From: Octopus vulgaris
Lineage: Eukaryota
DNA length: 64,000 bases
Direction: 5' to 3'
Assembly (NCBI GenBank): GCA_951406725.2
Contig: OX597814.1
Coordinates: forward strand, 203,298,001-203,362,000
The notes beneath the pieces were generated by a model, which did not search any database, had not been told where the DNA came from, and saw only the letters and a program-made list of their open reading frames with translations. A program made the position numbers and the translations under genes. Every line of letters starts with the position of its first letter. Positions within the stretch are counted from its first letter, which is position 1. Shown one piece after another: positions 52,437 through 63,010 of the stretch.

Positions 52437-53550
52437 AAATAGTAAAATAGAGTTAAATCAATTGATAATTATATTTATTAATTAAAAAAATAGACATATT
52501 ATGTACATTTTTATAATTAATAAACATGATCATTAATTGATTTATCTCTTATTATTTTTCTTAAATAAATATAAACCTTGGTTTATTTACTTACTATTTC
52601 TGAGTATTAAAATTAATATTTAAAATAAATAATAGGTAATAAACCAGTAAAATCATTGGATATTATTATCCCTTAACGAGACTTATTTAACCTCTAATTG
52701 AACTTATATATATATATGGGGGGATTCACAAAAAAACAAAAGACGAAGACAGGTGGTGTAGACAACAAACAGATGTATTAGTTTAACGCTCGGGAAGTGA
52801 AAAAGCCTTTAATGTTTCAAGCCTATGCTCTTCCACAGAAAGAAATGAGAGAAAATAAAGAATGTTTAGTGGCTAGCAATGGTGGCTGCTTTCTTGTGTG
52901 TGAGCAAAGCCATTGCTAGGAAGAATTCATTGAAATGAGTCATTGATAATGCAATGTGAGGCCTTTATACGACACTTGAACCCTGCCAAGGATTTGCACA
53001 TTTTATTGCATAATGTACAGTTGTGCTGGCTAGCAGAAGGAACAGGTGCCGCAGTATGGAGCTTTTTGACACGTCTTTTAATCTTCCAACTGAATGGAAC
53101 ACCTTTCTACAACACAAAGTTGTTAATAGTTTGATGCTAAGGAAATTAGGAAAAAAGAAATGTCTAACATTTTGAGGATTCACTCCTCCTCTCCCTCCTC
53201 CCTCCTCCTCCTCCTCATCATCATCAGCAGCAGCAGCAGTTAATGTCCATTTTTCATACTGGCATGGATTGGACAGTTTTGCAGAAGCTGGTAAGCTGAA
53301 GAACCGCACCAGGCTCCAGTTGTCTGATTTGGCATGGTTTATAAAGCTGGATGCCCTTCCTGATGCCATCCACTTAACAGAGTGTACTAGATGCATTTTA
53401 TATGGCACTAGTACTGGTGCTTTTTCAGTGGCATTGGTCTCATTGGGGTCGCCAGGTAACTTGAGAGATGGAGAAGGAAAACTGGAGAAATTGAAATGCA
53501 TGTGTTGAACCATCACAGCCTGCATTTGTTTAGTTAATGTCCATTTTGCC

Positions 53551-53916
53551 AAGGCAGCGAGCTGGCAGAATCGTTAGCACACCGGGCGAAATGCGTAGCT
53601 GTATTTCGTCTGCTGTTACGTTCTGAGTTCAAATTCCGCCGAGGTCAACTTTGCCTTTCATCCTTTCGAGGTCGATAAATTAAGTACCAGTTACGCACTG
53701 GGGTCGATGTAATCGACTTAATACCTATGTCTGTCCTTGTTTGTCCCCTCTATGTTTAGCCCCTTGTGGGTAATAAAGAAATAGGTACTTAATTTATCGA
53801 CCCCAAAAGGATGAAAGGCGAAGTCGACCTCGGCAGAATTTGAACTCAGAACATAATAGCCGACGAAATACGGCTACGCATTTCGCCTGCCGTGCTAACG
53901 TTTCTGCCAGCTCGCC
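53551..53916. mobile_element. Two SINE family B copies in adjacent inverted orientation
   Basis: A plus-strand copy (53551-53783) is followed directly by a minus-strand partial copy (53784-53916). Confidence 0.9.
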
Positions 53917-54604
53917 GGCTTGGGCTCTATAAGTACCAATGATGTACTGGTGTTGTTATAGTTTGATATAACTATAAAGTTATTTATTTCTACTCATCCC
54001 ACTCCAAGTTTGTAATTTTGTTTCTCTATTGTGTCAAGTACGTAAAATTGAGGCTATTCATTCTCCAAATAACTCTACTCTGCTTAACATGACATTGAAA
54101 CTTAATATGAAACAATTTAGCCAGACAGGTGATCATCTTTCATCAGATATCTATGCACAGGGAACGTGCATTATAATGTTGGCTAAAATAATGCACTTGT
54201 TCAGGACACTGCAATTGCATCAAACTTTTCTTTGTCTGATTTTCATTCACAACCTAATTTCTATCATCAGAGAAAGCTTTCTCTGAAGCTTATGAAAATA
54301 CATTTATTCTTTTAGTCTATATTCCAACAGGAATTATGTCATCAGCACACACTATAGTCTGACTAAAGCTGTATGTGTAGATACATAGTGTGTGTGTGTG
54401 TGTGTTATAGAACATCTGTCATATTTACAAAACATGGGTTTGAGTTCCATGGGTAAACTTTGGCCTTTTTTCATCCAAGAAGTACTTTAATCTAAATATT
54501 CTCACCCTATTGTTTATAGCATTTTCTATTTCAAGTTCCACCATTAAAAATAATTTACTAAATACACACACACACACATATATATATACACACACACATA
54601 CATA

Positions 54605-54978
54605 GGCGCAAGAATGGCTGTGTGGTAAGTAGTTTGCTTACCAACCACATGGTTCCAGGTTCAGTCCCACTGCATGGTACCTTGTCCAAGTGTCTTCTAC
54701 TATAGCATCGGGCCAACCAAAGCCTTGTGAGTAAATTTGATAGATGGAAACTGAAAGAAGCCCATCATATACATGTGTGTGTATATGCTTGAGTCTGTGT
54801 TTGCCTCCCCAACATCGCTTGACAACCAATGCTGGTGTGTTTACATCGCCATAACTTAGCAGTTCAGCAAAAGAGACCGATAGGATAAGTACTAGGCTCA
54901 CAAAGAACATCTCGATTTGCTTGACTAAAGGCAGTGCTCCAGCATGGCCACAGTCAAATGACTGAAACAATTAAAAGA
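54605..54978 (+). mobile_element. SINE family A
   Basis: Same head and tail as 3430-3800, followed by (TA)n(CA)n. Confidence 0.85.
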
Positions 54979-54985
54979 TTGGATT

Positions 54986-55051
<66 letters not shown>

Positions 55052-55694
55052 TACATACACAAACACACACGCACATGCACACATATATATATACATGCAG
55101 TGATACCTTGTAATACGAGTTTAATTCGTTCCATGACTGGGCTCGTCTTATGATTTACTCCAGTTCTATATTTAAGAGATGAGGAATTATGTACATTATT
55201 TACATTAATTACATTTGACACATATTTGTCCTCGTCTTGTTTGTTGTTAACACAAAATTTCAGCTGATATACACTCCAGCCTTCTTCAGGTGTCTTGGGG
55301 AAATTTTGAACCTGGGTTCACATTCCTAAGGTATTTTTCAATGTTATTATTACTTTATACATGGCACCAGCACCGGTCTCTCACAGGCAGTCCTCCTCAC
55401 CAGGGTTCTTAACATTTCTGCTGTGGAGGACAGGTCTTCTTGAGTAGAACAAGGCATCAGGTATCTCAGTCCTTTGACATTTTGTCTGAAAGGTTCAACA
55501 TCCTGAGGTCATCCTTCAGTACCCCATCCCATGACTTACAGGGTCTCCCTTTTCCACTAGTTCCATTCACCTTGAAAGATCAGCACTTCTTTATGGAGCT
55601 GTTGGCATCCATCAGACCATACCAGTGCAGTTTTCTCTCTTGCACCTGCATCTAATTCCCCTTATGCTTAACTTCTCTTTCATATATATACAAA

Positions 55695-56888
55695 AGGCGT
55701 AGGTAGAAACTCTATAAGATGTACCCAGTGTAAGCTATGGACACATAAGAGGTGCAGCAATATCAAAGGAAGGCTAACTGGGAAGATGGTTTTTATATGT
55801 GACAAATGCACAGGAGCAGTAAACACTGAAAATGTGCAGAAAACAGCTTCTGTCACATTCCAGGGGGGAAAACTACAAATAGTTGATAGCTTCTGTTACC
55901 TAGGTGACCAAGTCAGTTGCAGGGGTGGATGCTCTGAAAGTGTAGCTGCTAGTAAATGAATAGCCTGGGCAAAGTTCAGAGAGCTCCTACCTCTGCTGGT
56001 GACAAAAGGCCTCTCGCTCAAAGTAAAAAGCAGACTGTATGATGCATGTGTACAAACAGCCATGCTACATGACTGCTGAGAACATGTGTAGGCTTGGAAG
56101 AAATAAAGACAGTATGCTCCGCTGGATATGTAATGTCAGTGTGCATACTCGACAGAGTGTAAGTACCCTGAGAGAAAAGTTGGACATAAGAAGCATCAGA
56201 TGTGGTGTGCAAGAGAAACGACTGCACTGGTATGGTCATGGGTTGCGAATGGATGAGGACAGCTGTGTGAAAAAGTCTCACCCAAGAAGTAGAAGGAACC
56301 TGTGGAAGAGGAAGACCTGGGATGAGGTGGTGAAGCATGACCATCAAACATTGGGTCTCACAGAGGCAATGACAAGTGACCAAGACCTTTGGAGATATGC
56401 TCTGCTTGAGAAGACCCAGTAAACCAGGTGAGACCATAACTGTGGAACTTGCCAGTGCAGCATAACCAGCCCATTTAAGAGTACCCTTCAATCACTGGGC
56501 AATAAACTGTGCTTGTAAAGACCTGTTGAGGCAAGGGAAATTGTTGTCGTAGCCTATGACAGTACCACCTGATTGGCACCCATGCCAGTGGCACGTTAAA
56601 AGCACCATTTAAGCATGTTTGTTGCCAGTGCCACCCAACTGCCTCCTGTGCTGGTGGCACATAAAAAGCACCATTCGAGCGTGATCATTGCCAGTGTTGC
56701 CTAACTGGCTCCTGTGCTGGTGGCATGTAAAAAACACCATTTAGCGTGGTCGTTGCCTGTGCTACCTGACTGGCCCTTGTGCCGGTGGTATGTAAAAAGT
56801 ACCCACTACACTCTCAGAGTGGTTGGTATTAGGAAGGGCATCCAGCTGTAGAAACTCTTTCGGATCAGATTGGAGGCTGGTGCAGCCT
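55695..56888 (+). mobile_element. RTE LINE 3' portion (ORF2 C-terminus plus 3' UTR)
   Basis: FCYLGD, AWAKFRELLPLL, MLRWICNV and RLHWYGH..RMDED motifs, ending DLWRYALLEKT. It continues directly into the family C repeat sequence. Confidence 0.88.
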
Positions 56889-57419
56889 GGTTCTGACAAC
56901 TGGTGCTATTTAGCGCCAGTTGTCAGAACCTATGAACACATGGAATTATGAAACTAACTAATTATAAGACCATGGATTTAATTAACACTCTTCTCTTCTA
57001 TCCTCCAGCTGATATATGGAATTATGGACTTCACTAAAATGTGAGACTATTGAATTAACAAACGTTTTTTTCTTTTCTCCTTTCTCTTCTTCACATTTTC
57101 TTTCTATTTATCTTTGCCATATAATCATTCCGATGATGTCTATCAATTGCAATGAGGTGAACCCAAATTTACCCCAGCTTGATATACTGAAACAGCTGTT
57201 AACATACTCTCTTCTTAATTAAATAATAACTTTATAACACCATTGATCCACTTCTCACTGTTTATTGCTCCGTTTCTTATCGACTTTATATATATTAAAC
57301 CACGATTTACCTTTTAAATTACCTACTACCATATACCTAATAACAAGGACCATGGAATGCCTATGGATACATCTGTCCCTTGGATGGTTACATTACCTCT
57401 AACTTATATCTTGCACAAC

Positions 57420-57420
57420 A

Positions 57421-57505
<85 letters not shown>

Positions 57506-57605
57506 GTGTATATATATGTATACATGTGTATATATATGTATATGTGTTTATAAGCATATATATGTTTATATGTATATATATATATATGTATGTATGTATA
57601 CATAT
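57420..57605. repeat. Compound (TA)n/(TG)n microsatellite
   Basis: Directly visible. Similar tracts occur at ~8045, 9845-10020, 11920, 39670, 52395, 54988 and 62545. Confidence 0.95.
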
Positions 57606-57632
57606 TGAAAATTAGGGAATGGAGTAGATTAA

Positions 57633-57728
57633 ATCCAGGCTACATATGTTTCATAGGTGGAGAAACCTCAGAAGTAGTAATTACCCAAACAGGAGGTAAT
57701 CTGCTAGCTACTCGTCAGGCCAAAGATA
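57633..57728 (-). ncRNA. Type I hammerhead ribozyme motif (Penelope-like element/retrozyme type)
   Basis: Minus strand GGC-CUGACGA-GUAG...CUAU-GAAAC-AUAU-GUA-GCC: complete catalytic core, GGC/GCC stem I and palindromic stem III ACAUAUGU. Confidence 0.6.
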
Positions 57729-59566
57729 CTTTAATCAAATGAAGTGTACATTGTTGTCAAGGCATCCCATGTTAACTTGCATGAGACATACATCTTTTGT
57801 CCAACTTGTTTCAGTCATCAGACTGTGGCACCACCTTGAAGAATTTAGTTGAACAAATTGACCCCAATACTTATTTTTAAAATTGGTACTTTTTCTGTTG
57901 GCGTTTTTTTTTTTGCTAAACCACTTAAGTTATGAGGACATAAACAAACCAACACTGGTTGTCAAGTTGTGGTGAGGGACAAACTCAAAAACACATATAC
58001 ATACATATATATGCGTATATATGATGGACTGCTACACAGTTTCTGATGAACTAGGTTTGTGTGATAAGCCTACAAAAATTTTAAATGCATAGTGTCAAAT
58101 CAGACTTACTAAATAATAACATATATATTGTCGTTGCCAGTACCACCTGACTGGCTCTCGTGCCGGTGGCATGTAAAGTCACCACTACACTCTCGGAGTG
58201 GTTGGCATTAGGAAGGGCATCTAGCTGTAGAAACTCTGCTAGATCAGATTGAAGCCTGGTGCAGCCATGTGGTTTGCCAATCCTCAGTCAAATCATCCAA
58301 CCCATGCTAGCATGGAAAGCGATGATGATGATGTCCAACCCATGCCAGCATGGAAAATGAATATTAAATATTGCTGATGATTATTTATTTACACACATAT
58401 ATACTTAATATAGTTTAGTTAAATTCATTTATATATTTCAAATTAAAAAATTTCATTCAACTTTGGAGTTAGATCCAGATTTAGTAGCATATTGATCTGA
58501 TTAGATTAGTGGTAAACATTTGAGAAGCTTCTATACATAACTGTTTCCAAGTTTATCTGTAGATACGAGACCATTGTTTTGCTTAGCAATACCCACCTTG
58601 GTTATTAAATATATCATCATCTGTCAGCCTTGTGAAGTTACATGCTTGTTTTATGAGGGATGTTCTCTCATCTCTGTATTCCCCTTTGAAGTACTTAATG
58701 CTGTGATGTCATCATCATCATCATCATCATTTAACATCCGTTGTCCATGCTGGCATGGGTTGGACAGTTTGACTGGGACAGCATGCTGGAAGGCTACTCC
58801 AGGCTCCACTCTGATTTGGCATGGTTTTCTACAGCTGGATGCCCTTCCTAATGCCAACCACTCTAAGAGTGTAATGGGTGTTTTTACGTGTCACTGGCAT
58901 AGTTGCCATTTGTGTGACACCGGTATCTGTCACAACTTCGATTTTGCTTGGCTTGATAGGTCTTCTTCTCAAGCCAACATAATGCCAAAAGTCTTCTGGT
59001 TTAGAAAAAATTTTATTAAAAAAAAAAAGAAAACAGTTATAATTATAGTATCAAATTGGTTTATATGTCTCAAACTGGTTGAGCATAAAATCATCACGAT
59101 TATTTTAATGTCCACTTTTCCATGCTTGCATGGGTTGGGCAGAGTTTATTGAGGCAGATTCTCTATGGCCAGATGCCTTCCTTCCACCAATCATCACTTG
59201 TTTCCAGGCAAGGTAATATTTCCTTATCGCCACACATGTTCTTATGAAATATCTCAACTGAAAGATAATGCTTGTATGACAGTGACACTCATTTACATCT
59301 ATCATACAAGACCATGTCTGACCATGAGGAAATATTACTTTGCTTGGAGACAGGTGACAGTTAGAGGCAGGAACTGCATCCAGCCATAGAAAATCTGCCT
59401 CATTGAATTCCATCAAAACTTGCAAATGGACATTAAAACCAGTGACGGTAGTAATAATAATAGTGATGATTCTGGATTAAGGAGAGAGAGCACTTGTCAA
59501 GAGTCATGGGAAGCCAATGATGATGTAATCTTACTTTTCTTTTGCTTGTTTTAGGAGATTTATTTT

Positions 59567-60339
59567 CAATGCTATATCATCTCTTTTCAAAATTCATTCA
59601 ATTTGCAATGCTATATCATCTCTTTTCAAAATTCATTCAATTTGCAATGCTATATCATCTCTTTTCAAAATTCATTCAATTTGCAATGCTATATCATCTC
59701 TTTTCAAAATTCATTCAATTTGCAATGCTATATCATCTCTTTTCAAAATTCATTCAATTTGCAATGCTATATCATCTCTTTTCAAAATTCATTCAATTTG
59801 CAATGCTATATCATCTCTTTTCAAAATTCATTCAATTTGCAATGCTATATCATCTCTTTTCAAAATTCATTCAATTTGCAATGCTATATCATCTCTTTTC
59901 AAAATTCATTCAATTTGCAATGCTATATCATCTCTTTTCAAAATTCATTCAATTTGCAATGCTATATCATCTCTTTTCAAAATTCATTCAATTTGCAATG
60001 CTATATCATCTCTTTTCAAAATTCATTCAATTTGCAATGCTATATCATCTCTTTTCAAAATTCATTCAATTTGCAATGCTATATCATCTCTTTTCAAAAT
60101 TCATTCAATTTGCAATGCTATATCATCTCTTTTCAAAATTCATTCAATTTGCAATGCTATATCATCTCTTTTCAAAATTCATTCAATTTGCAATGCTATA
60201 TCATCTCTTTTCAAAATTCATTCAATTTGCAATGCTATATCATCTCTTTTCAAAATTCATTCAATTTGCAATGCTATATCATCTCTTTTCAAAATTCATT
60301 CAATTTGCAATGCTATATCATCTCTTCAAAATTCATTCA
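59567..60339. repeat. 39-bp tandem repeat, 19 identical units plus one partial
   Basis: Unit CAATGCTATATCATCTCTTTTCAAAATTCATTCAATTTG. It explains the periodic ORFs 59542-60414 and 59603-60397. Confidence 0.97.
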
Positions 60340-60981
60340 TTTCCTGTATTCTGTGGGAACATGTTTGGTCCTGGGGATATATCACCTTGCTTGGTAACAG
60401 ATAAGGGTTGGTGACAGGAAGAGCATGCAGCTGTGGAAAATCTGCCTCAATAAACGTCATTTAACTCCATCCAACTCAAGCAAGCATGGAAAAGTGGATG
60501 TTAAAATGATGGTGATAATGATTCCAATCCCCTTTCTTGTTCTCACTGCCCTGTACCCAGGTTTTCACCAGTCACTGCAATCCCCACTCCCTACTTGCAC
60601 CTTCTTGACAACACTTGACTGTACATATTACAACCTTCATACCTCTCTTTTCTTTACCATCACATCTATGCTCTGATCCTCATTACTTGTGAGTGTACCC
60701 TGGCACTTCACCATCTCTCTCCTGATCTCTCTTACACTTTTGCTGTTTCCTACTCTCTCTCTATCTATCTATCTATCTCTCTTTCCTTTGGCTGGGTAAC
60801 CATGTATCTCCTCTTTAGCAGCACACTTATTTTTGCCCTCATTCCTAGTTGGTCTCTCTCTCTCTCTCTCCTTCTCTCTCTCTCTCTCCCATTCTCTCTT
60901 TCTCTCTCTCCTCTCTCGCTGGGTAACTATGTACCTCCTCTATAGCAAGATACCTATTTCTGCTAATGTATTATTATTTGA

Positions 60982-61190
60982 ATGCCTCACACGCGACTTC
61001 CTAAGAGACTGTTTTACAGCAAACTGGTGGAAGACAAGCACACACATGGTGGACAGAAAAAGCACTTCATGGACACACTCGAAGTCTCACTGAAGAGCTT
61101 TGGGATCAACCCTGACAAGCACAAGATTGCCCTGACTGGTGAAGATGCACCAACAGAAGTGTCACCTCCTGCAAACAGAATATCATTGTA
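60982..61190 (+). mobile_element. RTE/BovB-like LINE ORF C-terminal fragment
   Basis: MPHTRLPKRLFYSKL...GGQKKHFMDTLEVSLKSFGINP matches RTE MP..RLPK.L.YGEL...GGQKKRFKDTLK.SLK. Confidence 0.75.
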
Positions 61191-61841
61191 GGGGTATAAA
61201 TTATCATCATCATCATTTGGTGTCTGCTTTCTATGCTGGCATGGGTTAGATGGTTTGGCTGAAATGGTAAGTGGGAGAGCTGCACCAAGTTCCAGTCTGA
61301 TTTGGCATGGTTTCTGATCTGGTATAGTACAACCAACCATTACTCATGAACAAGTATGGCTCGGTAAGATGTACCATGCTTTTGGTAGTTGTTTTAGGTG
61401 TATATGGATTAGTGATCAGACTGGGCCTGATGCAGCCTTCTGGCCTCACAGACCCCAGTTGAACCGTCCAACCCATGCTAGCATGGAAAGCGGACGTTAA
61501 ATGATGATGATGATGATAATGATGATATAGACACTCTCTTGAGCTGGGATGTGACAGTTGCAAGGCTGGAGTGCTACACCAGCTCTCAGCTGGTACTCAT
61601 TACATCTGAGTAGACTGGAGCAGCGAGAAAGGACACAATATGCTGACCAAATTAGGAATTGAACTTATGGCCTTATGATAATGCACCAAACACCCTAACC
61701 ACTAAACCATGTGAATTTACTAATCTGCTTCTTTAATTCCAGAGCTGTATATTATTGATTTTAGCCAGCAATTAATCATACCCCATGTCAATAATTATTA
61801 TTTTTTCATCTCTTTTTCTTCTTTTTTCTTGTCTTTTCCAG

Positions 61842-61887
61842 AATCGTGTACCATTTATTAATTTACCAGATGAAATTATTACTGGAG
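61842..61887 (+). other. Candidate 46-nt internal exon of an unidentified plus-strand gene
   Basis: A ~40-nt polypyrimidine tract and CAG acceptor, with donor GAG|gtaaaa. Two frames are open (NRVPFINLPDEIITG and IVYHLLIYQMKLLLE). Confidence 0.45.
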
Positions 61888-62273
61888 GTAAAACATTATT
61901 TCTGAATTAGAAAATTTATTCTTTACATGGAGGTAATTTCATGACAATTACTTCTTTTGAGATAACGATTGTATGTAAACACCACAACAGCATGGTTCAG
62001 AAAGTTTACCCAGTTGTGTAAATCTAATGACATTCCTTTCTATATTCTGGTATCTCTGCCTGATATAAATGTCGGTTGGTTTTTCTAGTCACTCTTTATA
62101 TCATATATGTAGAGAGAGAGAGAGAGTGAAAGAGAGTAAAAGAAAGATATAGAGAGATTTCACTTAAGAGGAACACAATGAGTGCACATTCTAGGCTTGC
62201 TGGCTGGTAATGTGTAAATGAACACCACACACAGGGTAAAGAGAAAGTATCATAGAGACTATGAAGAAGGAGA

Positions 62274-62304
<31 letters not shown>

Positions 62305-62339
62305 GGGGGATGAGTGTGTGTGTGTGTGTGTGCCTCTGT

Positions 62340-62541
62340 TACTCTTTTACTTGTTTCAGTCATTTGACTGTGGCCATGCTGGAGCACTGCCTCTAGTTGA
62401 CCAAATTGACCCCAGGACTTATTCTTTGTAAGCCTAGTACTTATTCTATCGGTCTATTTTGCCGAACTGCTAAGTTACGGGGACATAAACACACCAGCAT
62501 CGGTTGTCAAGCAATGTTGGGGTGACAAACACAGACACACA

Positions 62542-62578
<37 letters not shown>

Positions 62579-63010
62579 AGGGATATTAGCCAATTGAATA
62601 TGGCTAGGGACAGGGCAGGGTGGTGGGGGTGTCACTGTTGCATTTAGCCCCAGGCGAACATCATGATCTCCCTTTGCAAGATAGAGGACGCCGTGATGGC
62701 GTCAGGCCTATCTGGTGACGTTGATGTTTGCCTGGGGCTAAATGCAACAGTGACACCCCCACCACCCTGCCCTGTCCCTAGCCATATTCAATTGGCTAAT
62801 ATCCCTTATATTATGGAGCAGTCACTGTCTATATCTCATTTAGAGAATTATTATTGCTATATATATATATATATATACATATATATGACGGGCTTCTTTC
62901 AGTTTCCATCTACCAAATCCACTCACAAGGCTTTGGTCGACTTGAGGCTATAGCAGAAGACACTTGCCTAAGGTGCCACGCAGTGGGACCGAACCCGGAG
63001 CCATGTGGTT
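62340..63010 (-). mobile_element. SINE family A interrupted in its (TA)n tract by a hairpin element
   Basis: The SINE tail portion (62340-62545) and head portion (~62885-63010) flank the insert. Confidence 0.8.
62571..62814. mobile_element. Fold-back/MITE-like element with 93-bp inverted repeats
   Basis: 62571-62663 is the reverse complement of 62722-62814 with one visible mismatch and a 58-bp spacer; the element is embedded in (TA)n. Confidence 0.75.

Noticed and set aside
59542-60414. 290-aa and 264-aa repetitive ORFs, and possible CRISPR-like periodicity
   Set aside because: These are by-products of a stop-free 39-bp tandem repeat. There are no unique spacers and the context is eukaryotic, so it is not a CRISPR array, and nothing supports coding.
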